Shown in pieces: positions 27,051-38,627 of a stretch of 64,000 nucleotides of DNA (within the stretch, counting starts at the first letter, position 1; every line of letters begins with the position of its first letter). The position numbers were made by a program, and so were the translations under genes. This DNA comes from a virus (taxonomy: Duplodnaviria; Caudoviricetes): IMG/VR virus record IMGVR_UViG_2786546475_000015, positions 1 through 64,000 of that record; one strand, 5' to 3'. The notes under the pieces are model-generated. The model was not told the DNA's origin, made no database searches, and worked only from the letters and a program-made list of their open reading frames with translations.

Positions 27051-27604
27051 TTAAATTTACGTCATTTTTAAGTGAAGCGAGTAAGGTTACCGTATATCAT
27101 GGTAACCGATTCGGTACAACAAAAATTAATCCTGAACATATGGATACTAGTATCAACGAACATGGTGTTGGTATCTATTTTACGGATGATATCAATACGG
27201 CTAAGACTTATGGTAAACATGTAGTTAGTGCTAAAGTTGATCCATCGGATTTTGTTGAATCTAGAGCGGATGTTAGTCGATTAGGTCGTGGGTATGTTGA
27301 TTTATTAAAGTACTTACACAAAGTTGAACCAGAAGGTATGTGGTATCTGATTACTGATTATGGGTTTGAATTGCCGAATCCAGAAGATGTTGAAGAATAT
27401 CATTTATCAGAATTGGCGAAACGAACGAGTACCGAGCAAATTAGACATATGCAACAAACCTTAGTTGACAGTACATCGGTAACCGATTTTGTTAAAGCTT
27501 GGAATAAGACCATTAAGTATAAAGGTACTTATCAAAGGCAACAAACAGGTGAAACGTTTTATATGATTGTTGATCCGACGATAAAATTAGAAAAAGTTTT
27601 TTAA
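27047..27604 (+). CDS. ADP-ribosyltransferase-like protein with CTS-like N-terminus
   Basis: VYHG, G.GIYFT...A.TY motifs; MIKFTSFLSE start; coupled to a late gene. Confidence 0.62.
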   Translation: MIKFTSFLSEASKVTVYHGNRFGTTKINPEHMDTSINEHGVGIYFTDDINTAKTYGKHVVSAKVDPSDFVESRADVSRLGRGYVDLLKYLHKVEPEGMWYLITDYGFELPNPEDVEEYHLSELAKRTSTEQIRHMQQTLVDSTSVTDFVKAWNKTIKYKGTYQRQQTGETFYMIVDPTIKLEKVF

Positions 27605-27605
27605 T

Positions 27606-27671
27606 AAAAGCCCTTGCGTAAGCAGGGGCTTTTTGCTATCATGGGTTTGTTGAATTGATTTAGGAGATTTT
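27606..27671 (+). promoter_or_regulatory. PeSL-like cassette, copy 3
   Basis: TTGCGT-N17-TATCAT within and after terminator hairpin; near-identical to 55006. Confidence 0.88.
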
Positions 27672-28550
27672 ATGAAACGTTTTGATTTATACCAGATTCT
27701 ACTTAGCAAAGAAGAAATTGATACCATTAATGAAATGGGTTGGGGTGAAGAAACCAACAAGGTAGTACCAAAAGCTGGTGTTATGTTGAAAAATGGTTTA
27801 AACGGATCTAAGAAATTTGAATCTAGTGATAAGCAATATTACACACTAACAGCTAATACCACATGTGATAATTTAGATAAAGTTTTTGATACATTCAACA
27901 ATCACGGAGAACATTTCGTGAAGTTATCTGAATTGATGCGTTCTGCGTCTGCTGGTGATTTGATTCATAACGTAGATGATGATAAGTGGTATATGATTGA
28001 TATGTTTGGTTTTGGTGAAGTGGAGGTGTAATGAAATTACGCGATTGGTTACCACACGAAGTATTAACCGACGACTCATTAATTAACGGTCGAATCAAAA
28101 AACATTTAGACGTTGATATTCATTCGGAATACCAACATCGACCGTTCCCGCAACGTGGAGATACGTATCGATATATTCATAATTGGGTGTTATTAACGAA
28201 TGGCTATGCTCTTGGTTGGAACGAGTCACCGCGACATGGTTGGACTTTTGTTCTATCAACACCTAATGTAGTGAAACGATATGGATAATTTATTATGAAA
28301 CGGGTATTTACTGTATTCGTCGAAGAATATATCGAAGTATGTGGTGATAAAGAATTTGTACTAAATCAATTACCACATCATAATAATGATATTGAAACAT
28401 TGGATGAAGCCATTAAAGATGTTTTAGAACGAGTAAAAAAGAATTACAAGTCGAGAGATATTGTAAGTATTATTATCCCGCAATATACTGATAATTGTTT
28501 CTATTGGTCTGGGTGGAAATCTATTAACGAACCTAAATTATGGAAGAAAC

Positions 28551-29087
28551 GTGGATAAACCTAATATTATTTTTCTGGATATCGACGGAGTGATTAATAC
28601 TACTGTTAGTCCAGAATGGAACGACCGAATATTTGATCAGAACAGTATCAAATTTTTACGAATGATCCAGAAAGAATGTAACACTAAATTTGTCATTAGC
28701 TCTACATGGCGTGGCGACGACGATTATTTAAGATTCGATCAAATGCTTCATGTCGCTGGTTTAGGTCAAATGAGTTTGTTTAGTGTTGACCGAGATATCG
28801 ATGAAAAACATACCGAATGGCGCACACCTTATATCAGTGTTCATAGTCGCGGTAAAGAAATTGAAGCGTGGTTAGCAAAATATGGTGATCTAATCAATAA
28901 CTATGTTATAGTAGATGATGAAACTTATGATTTATTAGGTTATCAATTAGAAAAGGTTGTACAAACCGATCATTGGTGTGGTATAACTTATCGTGAGTAT
29001 GATGCTATTAAGCGTGTCCTTGGTTATAAAAACGAAGGCATGGCAACAATTAGTGAAATGAGAAAAGTCTATCAAAAAAGTAAATGA
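28551..29087 (+). CDS. HAD-family phosphatase (RNA-repair-associated type)
   Basis: FLDIDGV, ISSTWR, RGKEI, YVIVDD. Confidence 0.85.
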   Translation: MDKPNIIFLDIDGVINTTVSPEWNDRIFDQNSIKFLRMIQKECNTKFVISSTWRGDDDYLRFDQMLHVAGLGQMSLFSVDRDIDEKHTEWRTPYISVHSRGKEIEAWLAKYGDLINNYVIVDDETYDLLGYQLEKVVQTDHWCGITYREYDAIKRVLGYKNEGMATISEMRKVYQKSK

Positions 29088-29094
29088 GGTTACA

Positions 29095-29535
29095 ATGAAT
29101 CATAAAATTAATAAAGATAGTTGGCATTACAATCTGATTATGCGTTATCTGACAACTCCACCAAAAAGTTTATGTGTATATCCGTATACTGTTATATTTT
29201 TCATGCTATTATCGATTGTATTGGTATTAGTTGCTATCACTGTTATTTTATTAGTGGGGTATGCAGTTATCGCACCGACATTAGTTATGCTTGGTTTTAT
29301 GGATATCAGTTGGAAAACTAATGCCGCCGCGATTATTACATCCTTAGTGTCAGTTTATATCGGTTGCATAATGTTTTATCTTTATTGTCGCGATAGATAT
29401 CGTATTTATAAAAATAAAAAATTCTTTTCGGATGAACCACCGAAACCTAAACCCAAACCCAAACAAAGTAATATGATCGTCGCTATCATCAAAGCGAAAA
29501 AAGAAAAGATTTGTCCAAGGATTGAATATGTATGA
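29095..29535 (+). CDS. membrane protein
   Basis: Two long hydrophobic segments; KICPRIEY tail. Confidence 0.65.
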   Translation: MNHKINKDSWHYNLIMRYLTTPPKSLCVYPYTVIFFMLLSIVLVLVAITVILLVGYAVIAPTLVMLGFMDISWKTNAAAIITSLVSVYIGCIMFYLYCRDRYRIYKNKKFFSDEPPKPKPKPKQSNMIVAIIKAKKEKICPRIEYV

Positions 29536-30554
29536 ATTTAGCTGGTCGTAGTATCGCACGTAGTATCGCAATGTCACTCGAAAAAAGTGTAGTGACAAGC
29601 GATAATCCGTTAAGAATAAATTTTCGTTGTCATGTGTGTGGTGATTCTAAGGAAGATCCACACAAAAAACGTGGTTGGTTTGTAGAACTAGATGGTGAAA
29701 TGTTTTATAAATGCTTTAATTGTGATTACAGTAATCATATCAGTGAGTATTTAAAAGAACATCATCCAGCTAGGTATACCGATTATCTGATGGATCAACG
29801 CAAAGAACGTTACGCGTTTGATAGCTTTAAAAAAGATAAAAAAGAAAAACCAAAGGCGGTAATGCCTAAACGTAAGATAGAAAAATTAGAGCATTGTGTT
29901 AACGTTAAAGATCTAGATGATAATCATCCTATCAAAAAGTATATTAGAGATAATCGACTTATCCCTAAACGCTTTTGGAAAGATATTTTCTTTACATCGA
30001 AGTGGAAATCACTCGCTAATCACATAAAACCAGAAACTTATTCATACGAATACGACGAAAACCGTATTGTGGTCGCTCTACGCGATTCTAACGGTGATAT
30101 TCAGTCGGTGCAAGGCAGAGCCTTATCTAAAGACACAAACGCCAAATACATCACGATTAAGCCACACGATAAAGCATCTAAGTTATACGGATGTGACCGT
30201 GTAGACGAATCTAAAGATGTGTTTTGTTTTGAAGGCGCTTTTGATTCTATGTTCGTCGAAAATGGTATTGCAATTACTGGTGGTACTTTAGATCCAGATA
30301 TGATACCTTATGAGAACCGTGTTTGGGTATTAGATAACGAACCTAGAGCTATTGATACAGTTAAACGTATAGAAAAGCTTATAGAAATGGGTGAGCGTGT
30401 AGTTATTTTTGATTCATGTTTGTTTACTGGTAAAGATATCAATAGAATGATTCAGAACGGTGCATCCATTAAAGATATAAATGAGTACTTGCGTGAACAT
30501 ATTTATAGTGGTAATATGGCTAGGTTGAAATTTAATAGTTGGAGAAAAGTATGA
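29532..30554 (+). CDS. 61: DNA primase gp61
   Basis: FRCHVCGDS, CFNC, QGRAL, EGAFDSMF, DNEPR, KDIN. Confidence 0.96.
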   Translation: MNLAGRSIARSIAMSLEKSVVTSDNPLRINFRCHVCGDSKEDPHKKRGWFVELDGEMFYKCFNCDYSNHISEYLKEHHPARYTDYLMDQRKERYAFDSFKKDKKEKPKAVMPKRKIEKLEHCVNVKDLDDNHPIKKYIRDNRLIPKRFWKDIFFTSKWKSLANHIKPETYSYEYDENRIVVALRDSNGDIQSVQGRALSKDTNAKYITIKPHDKASKLYGCDRVDESKDVFCFEGAFDSMFVENGIAITGGTLDPDMIPYENRVWVLDNEPRAIDTVKRIEKLIEMGERVVIFDSCLFTGKDINRMIQNGASIKDINEYLREHIYSGNMARLKFNSWRKV

Positions 30555-31538
30555 ACGTAGGATTTTTCGAATTGATTTGTCATGGCACACAAAATGTTGG
30601 TCGTCATCGCGGTAAGCCGATTTTCGACTATCGTTATGAAATTAACGATCAATACATTATCTTTTCTTCGTTGACGAATATTCATCACCCAAGCCGTAAT
30701 GGTGAATTGAAAGAATCTGATATTTGTTGTGTCAGTATCAATGGTAACTTATTGTTCGGGAAAGAAGCGTTTTATATTCTTAAATCAATCTTAAAAATGG
30801 TAGGAAAATTATGAAAAAATATGCGATTTACATCACCGCTGGTTTGACTTGCTTGGTGTTAGTGTTTTCTTTAATTCTATGTGTTATGTTTGGTATCCGT
30901 TACTTTAATTCTGCAACCGCAATGGAGCGTACTGTACAAGTCGAAGAAAACGTGAAATGTTTTGTTGTCACTACAAGTGATGGTGTAGCTACTGATTGTT
31001 GGAAAGAGGAATGATATGTATAATTTATATACTATTCTATGTGTTGTCGGATTTTTATTAGTTGTATTTAAATACGACGACGAAACGACTACTATCGATT
31101 CTGGAAAATTCTTACTCGATATTGGTCTATGCTTCTTACCACCAATCATATTCATCAAATATTTTATTGAATTAAAAAGGTATTTAAGATGCAGAAATTA
31201 ACTAAAGAACAAGCTATCGTGATTACTGGTTATACTGGTATATTGACTGGTAATGTGTTTGGCGATTTTCATGCCGACTTAGAAAAACGTTTAGGTCGTC
31301 CTGTATGGACTCATGAAATGCCGCATTTGAAAGAAACTATAAGTGATTTATACAAAGACGATTTCTTATCCATGTGTTGGAGTGAAAATGAGTGAACGTA
31401 CGGTAGAACAATTAATCAAAGAAGTCAGAGATCGGATTTTCTTGCGGTATGCAGATATTAATGGAAAAATCCAATTACCAAATTCTTATGACGGTGATGT
31501 TATGGCGTTAATGCTAGAAGCGTATGAGAAGGTGAATA

Positions 31539-32351
31539 ATGAATAGTTATTTGAAATGGGCGGGTTCTAAACGGATTATCTTGCAACATATTTTATCATC
31601 AATAAATTACTACGAACCTGATGTATTCATCGAACCATTTTGTGGTGCATTAAATGTTGGCGCTAATGTCGATTGTGATATCAAAATTATTAACGATATC
31701 AATTCAGATTTGATGAATTTACACGCGTTAGTAAAAATCAATCCACAAGACTTAATCGAATCGACTAAAGAATATTTCGAACGTGGTATCGAATCGTATA
31801 AAGATATCCGAGAAGAATTTAATAATTACGATCGAATGGATGTAAAAAAGGCGGCGATGTTTTTGTATTTAAACCGCCATTGTTTTAACGGGTTATGTCG
31901 TTATAATAAAAATGGTAATTTTAATGTACCCGTTGGTAGTTATGATAAAGTATATTTACCAGAAAAAGAAATTCTAGATTATCATAAGAAATTGGCTAAT
32001 TGTATTGCGTTTAACAACATGGATTTTCAAATGTGTTTTGATTTAGCTAAACATAATCCAGAATATGATAGGCGTAAAATAGTATTTTATTGTGATAGCC
32101 CCTATGTTCCGCTAACAAGCGATTTCAATTATAGCGCGGAAGGGTTTACTATTGATGACCAAAAACGTTTAGCTCGATTAGCGGAAGAATGCGATCATAC
32201 TGTTATCATTAGTAATCACGATACGCCTGTAACACGTGAGTTGTACAAAAATGCGACTAAAATTATATCGTTCCCTGTACAACGTACGATTAGTAGTAAA
32301 GGCGGTAAACGTGAAAAGGTAAAAGAATTGTTGGCTTTTTATGAACGATGA
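31539..32351 (+). CDS. dam: DNA adenine methyltransferase Dam
   Basis: LKWAGSK, EPFCG, FNGLCRYNKNGNFNVP, YCDSPY. Confidence 0.93.
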   Translation: MNSYLKWAGSKRIILQHILSSINYYEPDVFIEPFCGALNVGANVDCDIKIINDINSDLMNLHALVKINPQDLIESTKEYFERGIESYKDIREEFNNYDRMDVKKAAMFLYLNRHCFNGLCRYNKNGNFNVPVGSYDKVYLPEKEILDYHKKLANCIAFNNMDFQMCFDLAKHNPEYDRRKIVFYCDSPYVPLTSDFNYSAEGFTIDDQKRLARLAEECDHTVIISNHDTPVTRELYKNATKIISFPVQRTISSKGGKREKVKELLAFYER

Positions 32352-33320
32352 ATTTATTGGTAAAGTGAACGAAGAATTTGTAGAACCACTATCTGGTGAA
32401 ACTATAACCATCGATGGTGTTGAAATGCAATATATAGATGAACACGATATCCACGATTCAGAAATAACAGCGTTTTTATATGGTAGAGACTTTACATTAC
32501 GGCGCGAAGGAATCAAGGTCTATTCTTATGATTCGTGGGTAGAAACGTATTGGCATGATGATTGGTGTTTGTATGAGTAGAAATAAAATGAATGATGTGT
32601 TAGGTGATTTTACCGTATTCACAGAAATCGGTAGAAACTTCCTATACCACAAAGACAACCAAATCGCCGAATGCGTTAACGGCGATTATAAAGAGCGTTA
32701 TGGATCGATTGAGGGTTGGATTAAGAGTATCGAAAAACGTGAAACCAAACGTATCGATAAAATTGAAGAACAGATTACCAATCTGAACGACGAAATGCGA
32801 GAACGTACTAAAATATTAGTTTCTTGTGAAAGTGTTTTAGAATCGTAATAATGTGTTATAGTGTAACAAAAGAGAGGTATTTATGAGAATATGTGGATTA
32901 GAATTTCTTTTGTTAGCATTACTAGCATTATTTAAAAAGAAACAGGATGGGTTATGAGTAAAAAAGATTTAGATCGAATCGAAAACATGTTGGTTGAGAT
33001 CGCAAGTCATTGTACGGCGTGTGTTAAAAACGAAATCGAAGTATCACCCGAAGATATGGATTTTGGTTGTCATGTAGATGACGCGTATATGATAGGCGTT
33101 AATAATGGCAACGCACAATTAGCTAAACGAATATTAAAATATATTGGTGTATAATGGCTTATCCAAGTTTTTTCGATTTATTTAAAGGTAAAGCGGTCAT
33201 GAACAAAGCTACAAAAATGTTTGGACATGTAGTAAAGTTTGGCTACTACAATAAACATACTGTATTTGTTAAATGGGCTGATGAAGATGAACCAATTGAA
33301 CACGAAGTTAAGGATATATC

Positions 33321-33992
33321 ATGGTAGAAAATGATATCATTATTGATTACGAAAGTTTAGGTATGCAACCTGACGGAATGGTTGTAGATTTAGCCGCTGT
33401 CGTATTTAAAGATAATGAAGAAGTACCCGACTTTAAAGAGTTAAAGAAAAACGCTTTTCATGTTAAATTTAAGATCAAAGATCAAAAAGGAAAACGAGTT
33501 TCAGATCAGAGCGTTAAAGAGTTTTGGAAAAAACAACCAAAAGAAGCACAAAAGATTTTATATCCAAGTGACGTAGACGTTACCGTAGAAGAAGGTACGA
33601 AAATGTTTCTTGATTGGTGTAAGCGTGTTAAAGTAAACTTTTGGAAATCGCATATCTATTCACGCGGTAATGAGTTTGATTTAGGATTTCTTACTAATAT
33701 TTTACGTGAGACATTCAATACACGTGATACGTTTAAATTATTCCCTGTTGCATTTTGGAATGCACGTGATGTACGCACCGCTATTGAGAATAGATTATTG
33801 ACTAGGGATATGGTTCATGCCCCACTAAAAAAAGGCGTTCTCGATGGTTTTGTGAAGCATAGTAGCGTAGATGATTGCGCTTGTGCTGTCATGGAATTAA
33901 TTTATGCGCGTAGGTATGCGTTAGGTTTAGATGAACCACCAAGTGAAGATGAAGTAGACGAAAATACAGTAAACAGAAGGGTAAAACATTGA
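33321..33992 (+). CDS. dexA: exonuclease DexA
   Basis: IIDYE, RGNEFD, FWNARDVRT, LDGFVKHSSVDDCA. Confidence 0.92.
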   Translation: MVENDIIIDYESLGMQPDGMVVDLAAVVFKDNEEVPDFKELKKNAFHVKFKIKDQKGKRVSDQSVKEFWKKQPKEAQKILYPSDVDVTVEEGTKMFLDWCKRVKVNFWKSHIYSRGNEFDLGFLTNILRETFNTRDTFKLFPVAFWNARDVRTAIENRLLTRDMVHAPLKKGVLDGFVKHSSVDDCACAVMELIYARRYALGLDEPPSEDEVDENTVNRRVKH

Positions 33993-34357
33993 AACAAGTA
34001 GAAAGTAAACATGCCGATATGGTAAATGAATTAGTTTGGTTGTGTCATAGTCGAGCTAAAGATATGGGTTGGCATGATAAACCGCGTGAGATTGGTACTG
34101 ATTTGGCATTAATCCATAGTGAAGTATCAGAAGCTTTGGAAGGTTTTCGTAAAAACTTAATGGATGACCATTTAAAACAGTACCCGATGCCGTTGGTCGA
34201 ATTAGCAGATACCGTTATTCGTTGTTTTGATACAGTCGGTAAAGTCTATGGTTATAACGCGTTGGGTAAAGCGTTTACAGATAAATTGATTTATAATGCC
34301 GAACGCCCCGATCATAAGAAAGAAAATCGTGAATCTGAAAAAGGTAAAAAGTTTTGA
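33989..34357 (+). CDS. MazG-like NTP pyrophosphohydrolase
   Basis: LALIHSEVSEALEG, VELADTVIR. Confidence 0.88.
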   Translation: MKQVESKHADMVNELVWLCHSRAKDMGWHDKPREIGTDLALIHSEVSEALEGFRKNLMDDHLKQYPMPLVELADTVIRCFDTVGKVYGYNALGKAFTDKLIYNAERPDHKKENRESEKGKKF

Positions 34358-35019
34358 GTGATAGTAATGTAGAAATTTTTGATGGATTAGAACTAGTTAG
34401 TAGCACTGAATTGAGAAATTCTATATTAGTGGCTAATTATAAACTAACGCGTGATATGCCTATTGGTGATTATTACCAAATGTTAGAACGTTTACGAGAA
34501 CATTGGATGAAATCTGGTTATATTACGGTTCATATCAATGTGAATCGTAAATCACAATCATGTAAGACTTTGAGTGAACAACATTCTATCGGTTACGGTG
34601 TTAACCGTAGAGTGTTTTATATAGATGTAGGTGATAATAATGAATATTAAACACGGCACACATGTAGCAGAAGTAGAAGTTCCGAGTGAGGACTATAAAG
34701 CAAAGGTAGCTGTAAGTTTTTCTAACGATTGGACATTGGATTATTTGTCGAATCATGATATTGACAAAGAGCAAATTTTCTTGGTTCAATTTGATACGTC
34801 TAAAGAATTGGATGATGTTGATAATTATAATGAAGTTTTGGATTCATTAGAAGTATATCCAGACCACTTATTATCACAAGCCGCTTGGATCGGTAATTTT
34901 AGCGAAGAATCAATTCCAGAAGTTATTTCGCATAAAATTAGACAATTGTTCACAAGTCCTATGGGTAGTCAATTTAATGTGGAAATTGTTGACACAGAAA
35001 AACCAGAATTGGTGAAGTT

Positions 35020-35367
35020 ATGAATATTAAACAAATCGCACAAATCGCACATGAAGCAAACCGCGCTTATTGTCTTACTATCGGTGATGAATCTCAATTA
35101 CCTTGGGAAGATTCACCAGATTGGCAAAAACAAAGCGCGATGAATGGTGTAGGATTTGTTCTATCAAATCCAGATAGTACACCAGAAGATAGTCATAATA
35201 GTTGGCTGAAAGAAAAACGTGAAAATGGTTGGACGTATGGCGAGATAAAAGATCCAGAAGCTAAAACACATCCATGCTTTGTTGAATACGATCAATTACC
35301 ACCAGAACAACGAGCAAAAGATTATTTGTTCCGTAATGTGGTATTAAGTTTTAAAGATTTTATTTGA
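35020..35367 (+). CDS. RyR-domain protein
   Basis: HNSWLKEKRENGWTYG.KD...KTHPC.V.YDQLP.EQRAKD. Confidence 0.85.
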   Translation: MNIKQIAQIAHEANRAYCLTIGDESQLPWEDSPDWQKQSAMNGVGFVLSNPDSTPEDSHNSWLKEKRENGWTYGEIKDPEAKTHPCFVEYDQLPPEQRAKDYLFRNVVLSFKDFI

Positions 35368-35392
35368 CATATAAAAACTAGTATGAAAGAAT

Positions 35393-35420
35393 AAGCCGTA
35401 ACATTGAGTTACGGCTTTTT
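35393..35420 (+). terminator. intrinsic terminator
   Basis: aagccgtaac-attga-gttacggctt followed by T-tract. Confidence 0.8.
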
Positions 35421-36191
35421 TATTGGGAGATTTATGATTTATATTAGTCTTTTACTCGAAAAACGCGACATGACTATTGCTCTATTGACAGTATTATTAT
35501 TTTCGGCTTTAGCTACAACGGTATTTACGTTTTTCTTACCCAACCGATGGCTGTTAACATTAGGTCTATGGATAGCATGTTTGGGTTTATTTTTGACACT
35601 TATTCCAACGATTAATGATATCAAACGCGAAATAAATGAAGTACAACTAATAATTGATAGTATCAAATCGGGTCTTAGTATTGTAACCGATAAAGAAATT
35701 CATTGGACGGAAAAACACAGAGTTTATAATCGGAAAGTGATTAAAGGTGAATATAATATTGAGGTAGAAGATTTTGATTATTGGGGGTGTGTTAACAAAT
35801 GCGCCGATGATGTGAATGGTTATATGGGGTTAACCAAAAGTATGATTCTATATAATTTTATATTTAAATGCGATTAAGAAAGTTGAATCCGTTGACCATT
35901 AACTTTACCAATGTCAGAGTATAAGAAAATGATACTGATGGTGTCGTCTATAACAATTAAGGGTATTACGATGAAATTAAAAGAAATGATGGGTGTAGAA
36001 ACACTAGGTGCTTGTGACAATCTATCGGATGGTAGTTATTTAATTTCTTATAAAACTATTCATCTTAATGGAAATTTAAGCCATAAGCGTATTGATGTTC
36101 TAAGTATGACGAATGGTATTGGTGTACTAGGTGGTGTATTCCTTTTCGACCGCGATGCGAAATCACCAGTAGAAGAAATTTACAAAATCAT

Positions 36192-36219
36192 TTGACATGG
36201 TGTTCAGAACGTGTATACT
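36192..36219 (+). promoter_or_regulatory. sigma70-type early promoter
   Basis: TTGACA-N16-TATACT upstream of the unlisted ORF starting at 36255. Confidence 0.75.
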
Positions 36220-38153
36220 TATAGATGTTGATTAAAACGAACTAAGGAAAAGTTATGAATTGCTCAAAACTTTACGTAGTACAAATTGTTGAAGATTCTA
36301 CTGGCGAAGTCGTTAAAGATTTCGAACCGCAACCTTATAACAAAGCGTGTAAGATTGAATCTGGTGTGTCTATTAACATGGATCACGAACGTTTTTCTAC
36401 TTACATCGAAGTATATAACAAAGAACAGGAGTAATTATGAATAACCGAGAAATTGATATTTTAGTTGCTGAAAAGCGTTACGACCACGTTAATACCGAAG
36501 CACCAGACGCGGTATGGGTTGGTAACAAACAGGAAGGTACTAACGTTATTAGTGTGTTGGGTGTTTATAACCCAACACGTAATATGATCCAAGCTTTAAA
36601 GTTAGTGATTGACGCTGAAATCAGTATTGATTGGGATAATAAAATGGTATTTAAGGGTGATAAGTCTGAAAAATTCTCGGACAAAAGCGATTTACCGTAT
36701 GCTATTTGTTCAGTTTATTTACAGGTGAAATAATGTTTTATAAATCCGATTTTGAAAATATGTTGGAATATTCCGAAGAACCATTGTATTTAGACGAAAT
36801 TACTTTTGTTGAGCGTTTCCGAGAACCTTTAAAAATGGGTGACGTATATGGCGCTGTAATCGATTCTAACGGTGATATTTATTACCTAACCCGTTATGCT
36901 ATGCATGGTGTTGTAGTCGCTATGTTGGACAAAGAAACCGCAGATATGATTGGTGTACCACAACCAACGGGTAGTGTTGAAGAATTACCTACTATGGCGT
37001 ATCAATGGTATTATTTGAACATGAATAAATTTACCGATTTAATTACGATTTCGGCTACCGATAATCATGTTGGTGTTCGTTGGGGTATTGAGGAAGGTAA
37101 GCGTCCTAACGAAAAACAATTAGAATCTTTGGGTAAATTCTTGACAAAGAATTACAAATATGCGAGTATTCATGGTGAATGTGGTTCTGGTTATAATTCT
37201 GTTAAAGAATTTATGAAAGATATGCATAGTGGTGTTTGGATCGATATGGTTGATATCAAACAAGAATACGAAGATTCGAACGAAGATTTGAATGAAGAAG
37301 GATTTTCGTTTCGATTTGGGGAATAACATAAGGTTTTAATATGAAAGTTGATTTTAAAAAAGACAAAACATTACGCGAATACGGTATTAGTGTCGGTGAT
37401 GTATTAATTCATAATAACAATTCGTATTTAGTAAAGATTGAGGATCTTGATAGAACGATAACACATCTTGAAAATTTCGAGATATCGGTTTATCGTAAAT
37501 TTAAAAATAGCCACGATTTAAAATTTGTTGCTTTAATTAAACGGAATAGATTCGATGAAATCGTAAAAACATTACATCGCCAAAGGAAGTTGACTAAAGA
37601 AGAATTGACATGCTTTGTTAAAAACATCGACAAATTCTTTGAACCCAATATAAAAAATATTGTTTATTGTTATAAAAAAGGTAAGAGCTACAAAATTAAT
37701 CGTATTTCTTTATCCCAATTAAAGATTAATTTTGATAATATCGTTAATAGTACGGAACGTAATTTTTATTGGTTCGAAGCTCCCGCTATTGAATACACAA
37801 AACAAGCATGGTATTATATGTCTAAGCGTCAGAAGCGCGATTTTGAAGATTTCTTACTTGAGGTAGAATAATGAATAGATGGAATGTTACAACTAAAGGT
37901 GTTAATGCTATCCAAAACATGCGCGAACGGAGAGATTTTAAAAAATTACGAGAAGCATTAAACGCAAAGATTAATATTGCGTCTAAATCGGGTTTTGGTA
38001 GTGTTACATTCAAATATGATAATCCTAAGTTTCCGTATGATTCTATGGATTTGATGAAGCATGATTACCATAATGAAGATATCATTTTTCAATATGGCGT
38101 TAAGATTGGTGTAGGTTATCTAATTAAACTAACTTGGTTGAAATGAGGTATAC

Positions 38154-38627
38154 ATGAACATGTTTAAAGCGTTGGGTATGGATATGTGTTTGGAATTACC
38201 ATCACAAAAATTCTTTGAACCCAATGAAAAATTCTTTGAATGTATGAAACGGTTCGATAAAACTATTGTTGATGTAGGCGCTGGTATGGGTCAAGTCACT
38301 AAGGGTTTATGCGAACGCGGTCATTTATGCGTTGGTATCGATAATAACTATCGTGAAGGTCAATACGGATATATCTTAACTATGGATGCTTTTGATTATC
38401 CGTATAAAAAGGATACAATTATTTTAGTGTGTCGTCCTAATCATAGTGGTTGGGTAGAAGATTTATTCGAAGAAACAAATCAAACATTTATTTATGTCGG
38501 ACTAGAACATAATTTAGATATCGATTTGAGTTCGGATATTCGTTCTGATATGAAATTATTAGCGTCTAACGTTGGTGATGACGGAGAAAATATGTATTTA
38601 TTACGAGGTTGTTATGAAAAACATTGA
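38154..38627 (+). CDS. minimal SAM-dependent methyltransferase-like protein
   Basis: IVDVGAGMG, VGID. Confidence 0.7.
   Translation: MNMFKALGMDMCLELPSQKFFEPNEKFFECMKRFDKTIVDVGAGMGQVTKGLCERGHLCVGIDNNYREGQYGYILTMDAFDYPYKKDTIILVCRPNHSGWVEDLFEETNQTFIYVGLEHNLDIDLSSDIRSDMKLLASNVGDDGENMYLLRGCYEKH

Noticed and set aside
20923-30554. Introns or inteins in gp43, uvsX, 41 or 61
   Set aside because: All are continuous and of normal length.
13324-32786. Other same-strand nested ORFs (13324, 17076, 20984, 29121, 32604) as dual-coding genes
   Set aside because: Unlike the MTase beta ORF they show no conserved motif and do not supply anything missing from the host gene.
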